The position numbers and the translations under genes were made by a program. From NCBI RefSeq assembly GCF_963921235.1, contig NC_086097.1, forward strand, positions 207,330,001 to 207,394,000: a stretch of DNA of 64,000 bases, written 5' to 3'. Positions 25,328 through 38,446 of this stretch are shown here, piece by piece (position 1 is the stretch's first letter; the number at the start of each line of letters is the position of its first letter). This DNA is from Mobula hypostoma. Its lineage: Eukaryota. A model generated the notes under the pieces. That model saw only the letters and a program-made list of their open reading frames with translations, was not told the origin of the DNA and did not search any database.

Positions 25328-25530
25328 AGCAACACACAAAATGATGGAGGACCTCTGGTCAGGCAGTATTTAAGGAAATTAATAAACAGTCAATGTTTGG
25401 GCCGAGAGCCTTCATCAGGACTGTAAAGGAAGGGGGAAGAAGCCAAGATAAGTTGGGAAGGAAGGGGAGTACGAGCTAAAAGATGATATGTGAAGCCAGC
25501 TGGGAAGGGGAAGAGAGGAAAATTACTGTA
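25328..25530 (-). repeat. Penelope-type terminal repeat with the best-preserved hammerhead relic
   Basis: Minus strand CAGTC-CTGATGA-AGGCTCTCGGCCC-AAAC-ATT-GACTG at ~25387-25423. Confidence 0.75.
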
Positions 25531-26429
25531 AGTGTGAGAAATCGACATTGTGTGTGACGGCCAGTTCAGCCAGATGGAGGAGGGTGGTGGATAGGAACTG
25601 GTTAGGTCTGTTGTCAAGAAAGAAGCAGAAAGCAATTTCTCTTTTGGCTCCTCCCATTTTCTCTAAACTCAAGGTGTAGCCATGGCTACGCCTATGGTGG
25701 AGCAATGCCTGCCTTTTCTAACTCCCCTCCATCCATCTTATCCTGTCTTCTTCCCAATAAAAAAAACTACAAGTTAACAGCTAAAGAATGAATATACAGT
25801 TTGCTACATACATTTCTACTTGAGCCACAAAGCACCAACAAGAAACATGGCACACTGCGGCAAAGAGCAATTATGGAAAGCATCAGAAGAAAGGAAAAGT
25901 TTACACTATCAAAAGGAGCAGGAAACCAGTGAGTAGAAAAGTTTCAGAATCTAGCAAAGGAGCACAAAGAAAATAAGGGAAGACAAATTGAAAATGCAAC
26001 AAAAATCTTGAGAGAATCACAGTGTGGCTTAGTTTCTAGTGATATACATGATAAATTAGCAAATATTAATGCAAAATTCTTACAGACTGAGGTAGGATAA
26101 ATTGCAATAAAGAATAAAAGGTAAGACATAACAAACTGTTGTGTCCATCTTCATGGAAGAAATAGTGGACAAGAATTAATGAGAAAAGGGAAAAAATAGC
26201 ATCAATAAACTAGTGGGACTGAAATATAGTACCTAGGATTAAATGACAGGTATTCCCAAGCTTTAAAAGTAGTGACTACAAAGATAGTGAACATACCAGC
26301 TGTCATCTTCTAAAATTCGAGATTGTTCCCATAGATAGGGTTAAATTTCTAGTCTTCCTATTGAAAAAGTAAAGAAAACAAGGAACTACAGACCAATTAG
26401 CCCAACATTAGCAAGGAAAATGCAAGTTA

Positions 26430-27900
26430 GAGTCATGGAGTTACACTTTTCAGAAATAGGCTTTTTGGCCTAACTGATCCATGCTGACTGAGGTGCCTTC
26501 CTAAACTAGTCCAATTTGCCTCCTAAACCTTTCTTATCCATGGACCTATTCAAATGTCTTAAACATTGTAATTGTATCTGCCTCAACTATGTCCTCTGGA
26601 AGCTTATTTCAGATACCCATCACCTTCTGTGCTAGAAAACATGTTCCTCAGATCCCCTTTAAATCTTCTTCCTTTTACCTTAAAACACTGCGTTCTAATT
26701 CTACGTTCTCCTATTCTGCATAAAGAATCTTATCTATGTTCCTCATAATACTGTATACCCTGAAGGTCACTCATCTGCCTTGTCTGCTCCTGTCCAGTGT
26801 CTCCTCTTAATTCAAGGCCTTCAGTTCCAGCAACATCATGAATCTTTTCTATAACTTCTTTAATTTAATTATATCATTATTATTAGCATGGCAACAAGAA
26901 CTGCATATAGTATTCCAGGATGCAGTCTTACCAATGTCCCAGACAGCTGTAAAATGGTATCTTACCTCTTGTACTCAATACCTCATCTGATAAAGGCAAG
27001 CATGCCAAACACCACATTCACCATCTTGTCTACTTTTGTCACCACTTTCAACAAATTATGTACACATATCCCGAGGTTCCTTAACACTCTCTCCTCTCTA
27101 TCATTTACTGTGGAAGTCCTGTCCTAGTTTAACTTGCCAAAATGCATCAATTTTCACCTGTCTAAACTGGATTCCATTCGCTATTTCTTGGCCCAATTTA
27201 TCAAGATCTTGCAACCTTGAATATTTTCTCACTGTCCACTATACCACCGGTTTTGGTGTCATCTGCAAAATTACTAAACGGGCCACCTACATTCCCATCC
27301 AAGCAGTTAATATACATGACAAATAGGGAACCAGCCCGGATTCCTGTGGCACACAATTAGTCACAGGCCACTCTCCACTACCACCCTCTGACTCCTTCCA
27401 TCAAGCCAATTTTGAATCCAATTGGTTAGTTCATGCCAGATCTAGTGTGATTTCACTTTCCAGACAGGCCTACCATGCAAGTCCTTGCCAAAAGCCTTGC
27501 TAAAATCCATGTAGACAGCATCTACCACAATACCCTCATCAATCCTCCTGTCATCAATCCTCCTGAGTGCCAATTCAAATCACATTTAAACTTGTCGGCC
27601 ACAGTTTCTTATGTACAAAGCCATAAAAAGTCTTTTACCTTTCCAAATGCAAATAGATCCATCTCTTAGACCCGCTCAAGTAGTTTAGCAACTACTGATG
27701 CTAGGCTCACTGACCTTTGGGTCCTGGCTTAACCTTGCAGCCCTTTCTTAAATAAAAGCACATTAGCCATCTTTAAGTCTTCGAAGGGCACAGCAATTTC
27801 TTCCTTTGCTTCTTACAATGGCAGACCCCAGGAATTTATTTACCTTTATGCCTTTTAAACCTGCCAACATATTCTGTGTTCTTAATATTGGTATGGTTCA
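26430..27900 (-). mobile_element. Old, heavily decayed CR1 LINE
   Basis: Reverse complements of TTTGCAGATGACACCAAA (FADDTK), CTACATGGATTTTAGCAAGGCTTTTG (YMDFSKAF) and a CR1 3' UTR. Confidence 0.8.
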
Positions 27901-28413
27901 AGAATCTTAAAGCTCTTTATTAAGTAATTGGTCTCTGAGCTCTTGGAAAGGAATAAATAGGACTGTGGAGAGTAAACGTAGATTATAGTGTATCTCATGT
28001 CAATCCCAGATATTGCAAATGCTCGATTCCCATCAGAATGTTTGAAAACCTTCATTTAGAAAAACGATGTTTTTTAAATGGGACTTTGAGATCCAAGATT
28101 TGATTTTCTTGTGGCGGTCTTTCTGTTGTTGCCACTGATTCTGTCTTGGATAAAGGAAATAGTATTAAGTGTTCAGTGCAGCAGTGATAGACGTTCATCA
28201 TGGACAGCATAATGCCAATATCTATGTGCTCTCAGTACTGGGATTGCACTGCTTAGTATATGACTTAGTACTGCTGCCCCAAGGCACCAAAGACTAGGGT
28301 TAGATTCTAACCTTGTGTTTGTTTACATGGAGCATGCACATTTGTCATGACCACATGGTTTTCATTCCATTGCTGTTTTCCTCCCAACATGTCAGCTAAA
28401 GGGAAGGCAAGAG

Positions 28414-29490
28414 AACAGAAACATAGAAAATAGGTGCAGGAGTAGGCCATTCGGCCCTTCGAGCCTGCACCGACATTTAGTATGATCATGGCTGATCATC
28501 CAACTCAGAACTCTGTACCAGCCTTCCCTCCATACCCCGTGATCCCTTTAGCCACAAGGGCCATATCTAACTCCCTCTTAAATATAGCCAATGAACTGGC
28601 CTCAACTGTTTCCTGTGGCAGAGAATTCCACAGATTCACCACTCTCTGTGTGAAGAAGGTTTTCCTAATCTCGGTCCTAAAAGGCTTCTCCTTTATCCTC
28701 AAACTGTGACCCCTCGCTCTGGACTTCCCCATCATCAGGAACAATCTTCCTGCAGCTAGCCTGTCCAATCCCTTGAGGATTTTATATGTTTCAATAAGAT
28801 CCCCCCTCAATCTTCTAAATTCCAACGAGTATAAGCCTAGTCGATCCAGTCTTTCATCATATGAAAGTCCTGCCATCCCAGGAATCAATCTGGTGAACCT
28901 TCTTTGTACTCCCTCTATGGCAAGGATGTCTTTCCTCAGATTAGGGGACCAAAATTGCACACAATACTCCAGGTGTGGTCTCACCAAGGCCTTGTAAAAA
29001 TGCAGTAGTACGTCCCTGCTCCTGTACTCAAATCCTCTTGCTATGAATGCCAGCATACCATTCGCCTTTTTCACCAGCTGCTGTACCTGCATGCCCACTT
29101 TCAATGACTGGTGTATTATGACACCCAGGTCTCGTTGCACCTCCCCTTTTCCTAATCGGCCACCATTCAGATAATAATCTGTTTTCCTATTTTTGCCACC
29201 AAAGTGGATAACCTCACATTTATCCACATTAAATTGCATCTGCCATGAATTTGCCCACTCACCTAACCTATCCAAGTCACCCTGCATCCTCTTAGCATCC
29301 TCACAGCTAACACTGCCGCCCAGCTTCGTGTCATCCGCAAACTTGGAGATGCTGCATTTAATTCCCTTATCTAAGTCATTAATATATATTGTAAACAACT
29401 GGGGTCCCAGCACTGAGCCTTGCGGTACCCCACTAGTCACTGCCTGCCATTCTGAAAAGGTCCTGTTTATTCCCACTCTTTGCTTCCTGT
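28414..29490 (-). mobile_element. Young 5'-truncated CR1 LINE (uninterrupted 323-codon ORF to its stop)
   Basis: [47 protein letters not shown] tail; related to 22858-24268 in inverted orientation. Confidence 0.95.
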
Positions 29491-30049
29491 AATAAATATA
29501 GAATTAGCATAGATAGATACTCAATGGTCAGTGCCTTCATAGTGGACATGTTTCTCAGTTGTCTGTCTCTCCCTGTAATCTAATGCACACCCGCGTCTAT
29601 GATGATGGTACTATAACTGTCTTACACTTTTCCCCCATATGAAACCAAAGCCCCAGATTGCCTTAGTGTACTGATATGAAATTATCTGTATGAATGGTAC
29701 GTAAAACAAAGATTTTCATTGTATACCAGTGCATGCAACCATAATACACTAAAATTTACCAACCATAGAAATGAAAATGCCCAGGAAAATTATCTTTCTG
29801 GGGCACAAATCTGTGCTTTCTCAAGGTCAGAGTAAAAATCCCCTTTGGCCTCATCCAGTACTTCCAGAATTGGGGCATATGCACCAGTGACAATTACACA
29901 CAGATTCCACTTTAAACTGACAGAGTAATGAGATATTTACTTATCCATAGGGGAAAAACAACTAATATACCATTTTTGATGAAAAACCCCAAAATAGTGT
30001 GTCCTTTCAGAAAATTGATATTGTATCAGTATGCACCAAGCAGAAGAAG

Positions 30050-30365
30050 AGAGGATAGCAAGAGCATGTGGGGCATGTTAATGTACTAGAGCATTTTGAG
30101 ACTATGAAAGAAAGTGCTGGATCTTTTAAAAGAGCATCACAGTCGATTCTCCTGGGGCCTGACGGGATACATGTATGGTTATTGAAAGAGGCAAGAGAAA
30201 AAATTGTTGAGGCATTGAAGATCTTTGTATCCATACTAGTAATGGGTGAGGTCTCAGAGTGGAGAGTAGCAAATGTTGTTCTTTTGTTCAGAAAAGGAAA
30301 GAGATAATTCAGGAAATAAAAAGGCCAGTGAGGTTCACATCAGTGGTAAGGAACTACTGGAGATC
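30050..30365 (+). mobile_element. CR1 RT N-terminal fragment, followed by a decayed Penelope-type tail to ~30440
   Basis: GPDGIH..LLKEAREKIVEAL..WRVANVVLLFRKG. Confidence 0.7.
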
Positions 30366-30743
30366 CTCACCAGCGCTGCTCGATGAACAGAGTTATTCCA
30401 GCAGATTGTGTTGCTCCAAATCCTAGCCTCTTGTGTCTCCATTGTAAAACCTCCGCCTGATTAGGAAGTTAGCAAGGTTTTGTACTGCGACACTCACCAT
30501 CTTACCGCAGCAAATACTTAAATAATCTTTCCAATATACTAGCTGAATCTTTCCAGATAAAGATTTCTTGTGAGTGGACTTAAGGATAGTACAAAACTGA
30601 ACGTTAATAACTTGGATTCACTTAATGCAGCTCCAGACAAAATAAATCATGGTTTTCCAAAGGGAGTTAGATACACTCATTAAAAAAGGATAGTGGAAAA
30701 AGGAGTGGACTAGTTAAGTTACTTATAGAACTGACATGGATTT

Positions 30744-32780
30744 GAATATAGAATAGTACAGCGCAGTACAGGCCCTTCAGCCCACAAAGTTGTGCCGACC
30801 CTTAAACCTTGCCTCTCATAAATTCCTCCATATACCTGTCCAGTAGTCTCTTAAATTTCAGAAGTGTATCTGCCTCCACCACTGACTCGGGCAGTGCATT
30901 CCACACAACAACCACTCTCTGAGTATAAAACCTTCCTCTATTTCCTCCTTGAACTTCCCACCCCTTACCTTAAAGCCACATCCTCTTGTATTGAGCAGCG
31001 GTGCCCTGGGGAAGAGGCAATGGCTGTCCACTCTATCTATTCCTCTTAATATCTTGCATACCTCTATCATGTCTCCTCTCATCCTCCTTCTCCCCAAAGA
31101 GTAAAGCCCTAGCTCCCTTAATCTCTGATCATAATCCATACTCTCTAAACCAGGCAGCATCCTGGTAAATCTCCTCTGTACCATTTCCAATGCTTCCACA
31201 TCCTTCCTATAGTGAGGCGACCAGAACTGGACACAGTACTCCAAGTGTGGCCTAACCAGAGTTTTATAGAGCTGCATCATTACATCGCGACTCTTAAACT
31301 CTATCCCTCGACTTATGAAAGCTAACACCCCATAAGCTTTCTTAACTACCCTATCTACCTGTGAGGCAACTTTCAGGGATCTGTGGACATGTACCCCAGA
31401 TCCCTCTGCTCCTCCACACTACCAAGTATCCTGCCATTTACTTTGTACTCTGCCTTGGAGTTTGTCCTTCCAAAAGGTACTACCTCACACTTCTCCGGGG
31501 TGAACTCCAACTGCCATTTCTCAGCCCACTTCTGCATCCTATCAATGTCTCTCTGCAATCTGCGACAATTCTCTACACTATCTACAACACCACCAACCTT
31601 TGTGTTGTCTGCCAACTTGTCAACCCACCCTTCTACCCCCACATCCAGGTCTTTAATAAAAATCACGAAAAGTAGAGGCCCCAGAACAGATCCCTGTGGG
31701 ACACCACTAGTCACAGGCCTCCAATCCGAAAGTACTCCCTCCACTATGACCCCCTGTTTTCTGCAGGCAAGCCAATTCTGAATCCACCTGGCCAAACTTC
31801 CCTGGATCCCATGCCTTCTGACTTTCTGAATAAGCCTACCATGTGGAACCTTGTCAAATGCCTTACTAAAATCCATACAGATCACATCCACTGCACTACC
31901 CTCATCTATATGCCTGGTTACCTCCTCAAAGAACTCTATCAGGCTTGTTAGACACGATCTGCCCTTCACAAAGCCATGCTGACTGTCCCTGATCAGACCA
32001 TGATTCTCTAAATGCCCATAGATTCTATCTCTAAGAATCTTTTCCAACAACTTTCCCACCACAGACACAAGGCTCACTGGTCTATAATTACCCAGACTAT
32101 CGCTACTACCTTTTTTGAACAAGGGAACAACATTCGCCTCCCTCCAATCCTCCAGTACCATTCCCGTGGACAACGAGGACATAAAGGTCCTAGCCAGAGG
32201 CTCAGCAATCTCTTCCCTCGCCTCGTGGAGCAGCCTGGGGAATATTCCGTTAGATCCCGGGGATTTATCCATCCTAATGTATTTTAACAACTGCAACACC
32301 TCCTCTCCCTTAATATCAACATGCTCCAGAACATCAACCTCACTCATACTGTCCTCACCATCATCAAGTTCCTTCTCATTGGTGAATACCGAAGAGAAGT
32401 ATTCATTGAAGACCTCGCTCACTTCCACAGCCTCCAGGCACATCTTCCCATCTTTAACTCTAATCAGTCCTACCTTCACTCCTGTCATCCTTTTGTTCTT
32501 CACATAATTGAAGAATGCCTTTTGAGGTTTTCCGTTACACTACTCGCCAAGGCCTTCTCATGCCCCTTTCTTGCTCTCCTCAGCCCCTTCTTAAGCTCCT
32601 TTCTTGCTACCCTATATTCCTCAATAGACCCATCTGATCCATGTTTCCTAAACTTCATGTATGCTGCCTTCTTCCACCTGACTAGATTTTCCACCTCACG
32701 TCACCCATGGTTCCTTCACCCTACCATTCTTTATCTTCCTCACCGGGACAAATTTATCCCTAAACATCGACCACATATCC
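30744..32780 (-). mobile_element. CR1 LINE, same young subfamily as 12104-14251, opposite orientation
   Basis: ORFs 31373..32503 and 30858..31328 are nearly identical in peptide to 12647..13870 and 13891..14088. Confidence 0.95.
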
Positions 32781-33414
32781 TTAGTACATTTCCCTGCATG
32801 GCTGAATGGTCTTGCATTAGTACCATTCTATGACTAGTACTAATGTAAATGGTACTAGTAGATTCACCATTAACATTGCACACAAATAGCTAACACCAAA
32901 TAATTGTTCTCTTTTCCCATCTTCTACTTATTATTCTCCAAGTTTTTACATTCTTCTTTTTCATCTACTTTCCTACTTTATCTATTGTACTTCATATTGT
33001 TGAAAAAAAAACCTTTCCCTATGTCTTGACCTTTTTTTTCTTAAAAAAAAGAACCAGAATATGTTTGTTCCAAATTTCAAGACCAGAATAAGAGCATGGA
33101 ACATCAAAATCCACATGATATTTAAAGACAAGGTATAGTTTTCACAGTAAACCTCTCAGGCTGCAGCTTGCACTTTGACTTTTCAAATTGAAGGAGGTAA
33201 ACTGATCAGACCACTCCCATGGTTTGAACCACTTCCATGGGTTGCAGAATGTTTAAAGAGAGTTGAAAATGGATCAAAGGCCAGTGGCAGGGGCCCAATG
33301 AATGCAGATAACCAATAGAAAAGGAGCCAACAGACCTTAGACAAGTCGGCCCTGGGGAGGAGATTAGAAATGAAGAACACTGGAAAGGTCCTGCTTCTGT
33401 TTAGATACCTTAAC

Positions 33415-35038
33415 AGAAGGTCTGATCACAACCTGGTGCATCTAAAACCCTACTACGTGCCTCTGGTGAAGAGTAAGCCTGCAACCTCGAGGACAGTAAG
33501 GAAATGGTCAGAGAAGGCTTATGAGGCGCTCCAGGGTTGTTTTGAGGTGACAGACTGGCAGGCACTCTGTGAGCCACATGGAGAGGATATTGATGGGCTC
33601 ACAGAGTGCATCATTGATTACATCAACTTCTGTGTGGACTGCAGTGTTCCGACAAGAACTGTCCTTTGTTATTCAAATAACAAGCCATGGGTAACAAAAG
33701 ACATTAAGGACATCCTGAACGCTAAAGAGAGGGCGTTTAGAGATGGAAATAGGGAGGAGCTGAGGGCAATACAGAGGGACCTGAAAGCCAGGATCAGGGA
33801 GGCTAAAGACAGGTACAAGAGGAAGCTTGAGTGGAAACTCCACCAGAACAACATGAGAGGGGTCTGGAGTGGGATGAGGACAATCACTGGGTTCTGGCAA
33901 ACTAGCAACAGAGGAGCTGAAGGCAGTGTGGACAGGGCCAACAAACTTAACCTGTTCTTTAACAGATTTGACATTGTGGCCCCTGCACAACCCCCACATG
34001 AGTCATCTGTTGTCGGCCCCCAACCAACACATATTCTACTCTCCCCTCCCACCCCTCCTCACAGTCCCCCACCCTGCTCTCATGACTATACCCCTTCCCC
34101 ACACGAAACCACCACGGTGGGCTTCACAGCTGAACAGGTGAGAAGACAGCTGAAACGTCTCAACCCAAGCAAGGCTGCAGGACCGGATGGTGTCAGTACC
34201 AGGGTGCTCAAAGCCTGTGCCCCTCAGCTATGTGGAGTACTTTGCCATGTATTCAACTTGAGCCTGAGGCTCCAGAGGGTTCCTGTGATGTGGAAGACGT
34301 CCTGCCTTGTCCCTGTGCCAAAGACGCCACGCCCCAGTGGCCTCAATGACTACAGACCGGTGGCATTGACCTCCCACATCATGAAGACCCTGGACAGACT
34401 TGTTGTGGAGCTGCTCCGGCCTATGGTCAGGCCACACTTAGGTCCCCTCCAGTTCGCCTACCAGCCCCGACTAAGAGTTGAGGATGCCATCGTCTACCTG
34501 CTGAACCATGTCTACGCCCACCTGGACAAGCCAGCGAGCACTGTGAGGGTCATGTTTTTTGACTTCTCTAGTGCGTTCAACACCATCCGCCCTGCTCTGC
34601 TGGGGGAGAAGCTGACAGCGATGCAGGTGGATGCTTTCCTGGTATCATGGATTCTTGATTACCTGACTGACAGACCACAGTACGTGTGCTTGCAACACTG
34701 TGTGTCCGACAGAGTGATCAGCAGCACTGGGGTTCCACAGGGGACTGTCTTGTCTCCCTTTCTCTTCACCTTTTACACCTCGGACTTCAATTACTGCATA
34801 GAGTCTTCTCATCTTCAAAAGTTTTCTGATGACTCTGCCATAGTTGGATGCAAACATTTACAACTCCTCCCTTGGAGGGTCAGACACCCTGAACCAAAAG
34901 GCTGGTCCTGGACTTATTTCCTGGCATAATTTACATATTACTATTTAACTATTTATGGTTTTATTACTATTTAATTATTTATGGTGCAACTGTAACGAAA
35001 ACCAATTCCCCCCCAGGATCAAAGTATGACTATGACTA
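33415..35038 (+). mobile_element. Rex1/Babar-type LINE: long open APE-end/RT frame, internally deleted after the catalytic motif
   Basis: SDHNLV, NNKPWVT, KAAGPDGV, NDYRPVALTSHIMK, LQFAY, FFDFSSAFNTI, GVPQGTVLSPFLF, FSDD; TATGAC tail repeats at ~35025-35037. Confidence 0.92.
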
Positions 35039-35117
35039 AATCCACCCATACTTACAAAATGCAAAGGTAAAATATACACAAAATATCATCTTATGATTCT
35101 GTTAAAGGTTAATCATA

Positions 35118-35210
35118 GCAACACAATGCGGGAGGAACCCAGCAGGCCAAGCAGCGACTATGGAAAAGTGTAAACAATCGACATTCTGGGCTGAGACCCT
35201 ACATCAAGTC
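35118..35210 (-). repeat. Penelope-type terminal repeat with decayed hammerhead relic
   Basis: Minus strand TTGATGTAGGGTCTCAGCCCAGAATGTCGATTG. Confidence 0.6.
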
Positions 35211-35679
35211 TTACATCATAGCTTAGTTGCACTCACAATTACAGTTAGTTAGCTATCACTGGAACTTATAAGATCTCTACTGGGACACATGAAAAGCAAA
35301 CCTCAGATACAGATGTCAGTGAAAAACAAAGCTGAGATATAGCACTATTACTAGAATTCTAAAAAGACAAAAATGCTTTGATCATAGATTAATCTATAAA
35401 CAGGATGAACATTCAGATACAAGATCAAGGCAAAAACAAAAGGGTTCAAACTGCTGTAATATGACACAACAATTTACTTATGCATTACGAGAAATAGATA
35501 ACTACCATTGTTGGATGATTGGAGAGAAATATCCAATTAATTCAAGCGACACCAGCAATTCTGCCTTTGTATGTAAAGATCTATTACAAATTGTTTTACT
35601 CTTAACCTACAATATTCTACACAAAGAACTGTAAATTTATTAACACAGTATAGCCCAATAGTTATTGAAACAGTATCTG

Positions 35680-36230
35680 GCATGCTTGCCTTCATTTGTC
35701 AGAGCAAGAGTTGGGATATCACATTGATGAGACTGAATTGAGCATTATGTGCAATTCAAGTTGCCTAACTATAGGGAGGATGGCATTATGCTGATAAAGA
35801 TACAGGAAAAAAATTGTAAGGGTGAAACTGTGACTAGAAGGCTTAAGTTGCAAGGAGAGATTGAATAAGGTTGATGTTCTCCCCTGGAGCTTAAGAGACT
35901 GAGTGGTATATAAAACTATGAGAGGCATAGAAGAGGTTTATTTCCCCAAAGGTAGGGAAGAATAAAACTAATGGGCATGTATAGGCTGACAGGAGAAAGA
36001 TTTAAAGGGGAATTAAGGGGTAAATTTTTCCAGAGGGTGGTGAGTACATGGAATGAACAGCTAGAGGCAGGTACAGTGACAATATTCAGTAACATTTTGA
36101 CAGGTACATATACATGAATATAAAAGTTCAATAGAGAATCAGGCCAAATGTAGGCAGAAGAGATTAGCTCAGGTAGGTAACTTGTTAAACATGGATAAGT
36201 TGGACCAAAGAGTCTATTTTTGCACTGTAT
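35680..36230 (+). mobile_element. Old CR1 3' fragment
   Basis: Decayed C-terminal motifs (CAGAGGGTGGTGAGTACATGGAATGAAC) and a CR1-like 3' UTR. Confidence 0.65.
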
Positions 36231-36551
36231 AAAAATGACTGATCAGACAACATTCACATCCATTTGCAAGTCAAAAATAAACACAGGAATGCTGTTGCTT
36301 TAGTGAAATACTGAGGAAATGCAGAAATATCAGAGGTGCTCTCAATTGGACATTCTATCAAGGACCCATTTTCTCAGGCAAAGGTAGGCCAGGAATAAAT
36401 ACTGGACAAAACATGAAAGAAATGAACATGAAAGATGCTCGGCATTATTTAATACATAATCTGTTATCTAGAAGAAAGACACGGGACACAAATTTTAAGA
36501 TATTTGATACTTCTAACAATGAATGTGAAGATATCAGCAATGTTTGCATAC

Positions 36552-38446
36552 CTCTCAGCTCTACGTTGCCCAAGTTGACTTTCAATTACTTGCTTTTCTT
36601 GCTCAAGTGCTTGTATTTTTTTCTCACAATCCTCATGTATTTTATTCCTATCCTCTTCTTTCCCCTCCAGGCTTAATGTGTTCAGCAACTGTTCTTTCTC
36701 CTCCTGAAGATCACGAATAGTAGCTTCATATTTTGTTTCAATTTCAAAGACAAGTCTCTCTTTTTCAGAAACCATTTCCTCTTTTTGCATATCCATAGTT
36801 TTCAAACATTGTTTTAACTTGCTACTGAGCTCTTCAACCTGTCCCTTTAGCACTACTTCTGTATCAACCGCCTGTTGTCTCATTGCATCCAGTCTGCTTA
36901 GTTCAGCTTTGAGGGAGGTCATTTCCTTTTCATGCCTATCCATTATTTCAGAAATGCACTGTTTTCTCTCTATGGCCATTTGTGTTCTTTGCTCTATAAG
37001 TTCCATATCATGTTCTTGCCTTTGAAGCTGCATTTGTTGTTTCAAGTCTGTTATCTCTTTGCTGTACTTCTCAGTTTCTTTCATTACCTCGCATTTTATA
37101 ATCTCTTCTTGTTGGACTTGGTTCTCTTTTAAAAGTTCTTTTAATTCCTCAGTTTCAGCTTCCCTCAAAGCCAATTCAACTTCTTGCTTACACCTCAAGT
37201 CAGAAAGTTCAGATACTTTAAATTTACATTCACTGAGTTCTTGCTCTTGCTCCTGGAGCTTTAGGGTAAGGGACTGCTCCACATTTTCTAATCTTGCTTT
37301 ATTTTCCCTCTGGGCTTCATTTTGCTGATTACAGTGATCAGTTGTCAGCTTTTCTATCTCTTGTTGATGTCTAGTTTGGCAATCTTTCATCTCTTTCAAA
37401 TGTCTTTGTTCAAGATTCTGAAGTTCTTCCCTTAACTGTGCCAATTTCTGATCCGCCTGTATTTTAAGTGTGTTTAATTCTTCCAATAAGCTCCCTTGTG
37501 AGTGATTGAGTTCTTGGATTTGAATCTCCTGTTTCTTCCTCTCTTCCATTAGATTCTGAATTTCTTTTTCTTTACTAATTTGTAAACATACAAAGGTTTC
37601 ATTTTTAGTTCGTGTCACAGCAATTTCATCATCCTTCTCTTTTATACTATCTTCAAGTTCAAGTATTTCCTTTTTCAACTTCTCCACAATTTGCTGAGTT
37701 GTCTCAGCCTCAACATTCCACTTGTTCAATTTGTCTTCATAATCCTTACTTAAAGCCTCTAATTTTTTCTGATAGTTTTCTTCTGCTTCTGCTTCAACTC
37801 TGCATTTGACAGTTTTGATTATGCTTCTTAATTCTTCACCAACACTTTTCATGGAACTATTAAAATCACATTGCTCCTTCTGGACAAGTGCTCTGAAATG
37901 GTTAAGATCTTTCCTAATGCTTGTAAAATGTGACTGGGACATTTCAGTGATAAATCTGTATCTTTCTATATGCACTTTTAAATTTGCAACTTCATTCGAG
38001 CCTTCCTTTTCACCCAGAGTTGTATCCTGCATGCGTCTATTATCAATAGCATTAATAACAGAAGAATAAAGAGATTCAAGCATCATTTCTGGACTTTGTG
38101 GATCACTGTTTAAATTTGGTGATGACAAATTCTCTTCGATCACAAACTCATTCACAGCTGAAACAAAGTCGGATTCTGGACTTTCTGCCAATGAATCCAT
38201 ATCTACAGAACCTTGTTTGAGAACCTGTTCCAAACCTGGATGAGGAATCGTTTCAAAATCAAAGGTATGGGCATCAATGCTATCAGGAGATAACTCTTCT
38301 AATGAGGCAGGAACATTTGCTGATGGACATATTGGACCCTGAAGGCTAAGAGTGGGTCTGACTCTAGGAGAGGTAGTTTTAGTTTCGGTTGTGCTTTCAA
38401 GCCTGTGTCCTGTTGGTGTTGCTAACGTTGGCTGATCAAGCGAAGC
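36552..38446 (-). CDS. RB1CC1: RB1CC1 large coding exon, 1895 nt: Ser/Pro-rich linker with FDFETI (LIR) motif, then long coiled coil
   Basis: Acceptor tcttacag|GCT lies 71 codons upstream of, and in frame with, track ORF 36464..38233; donor GAG AG|gtatgc. Peptides include LEELSPDSIDAHTFDFETIPHP, SLAESPESDFVSAVNEFVIEENLSSP and EVELALREAETEE. Confidence 0.97.

Noticed and set aside
36464..38233. Track ORF of 589 aa as a stand-alone intronless gene
   Set aside because: It is the RB1CC1 large exon; the TTG start is internal and the C-terminal tail is intron read-through.
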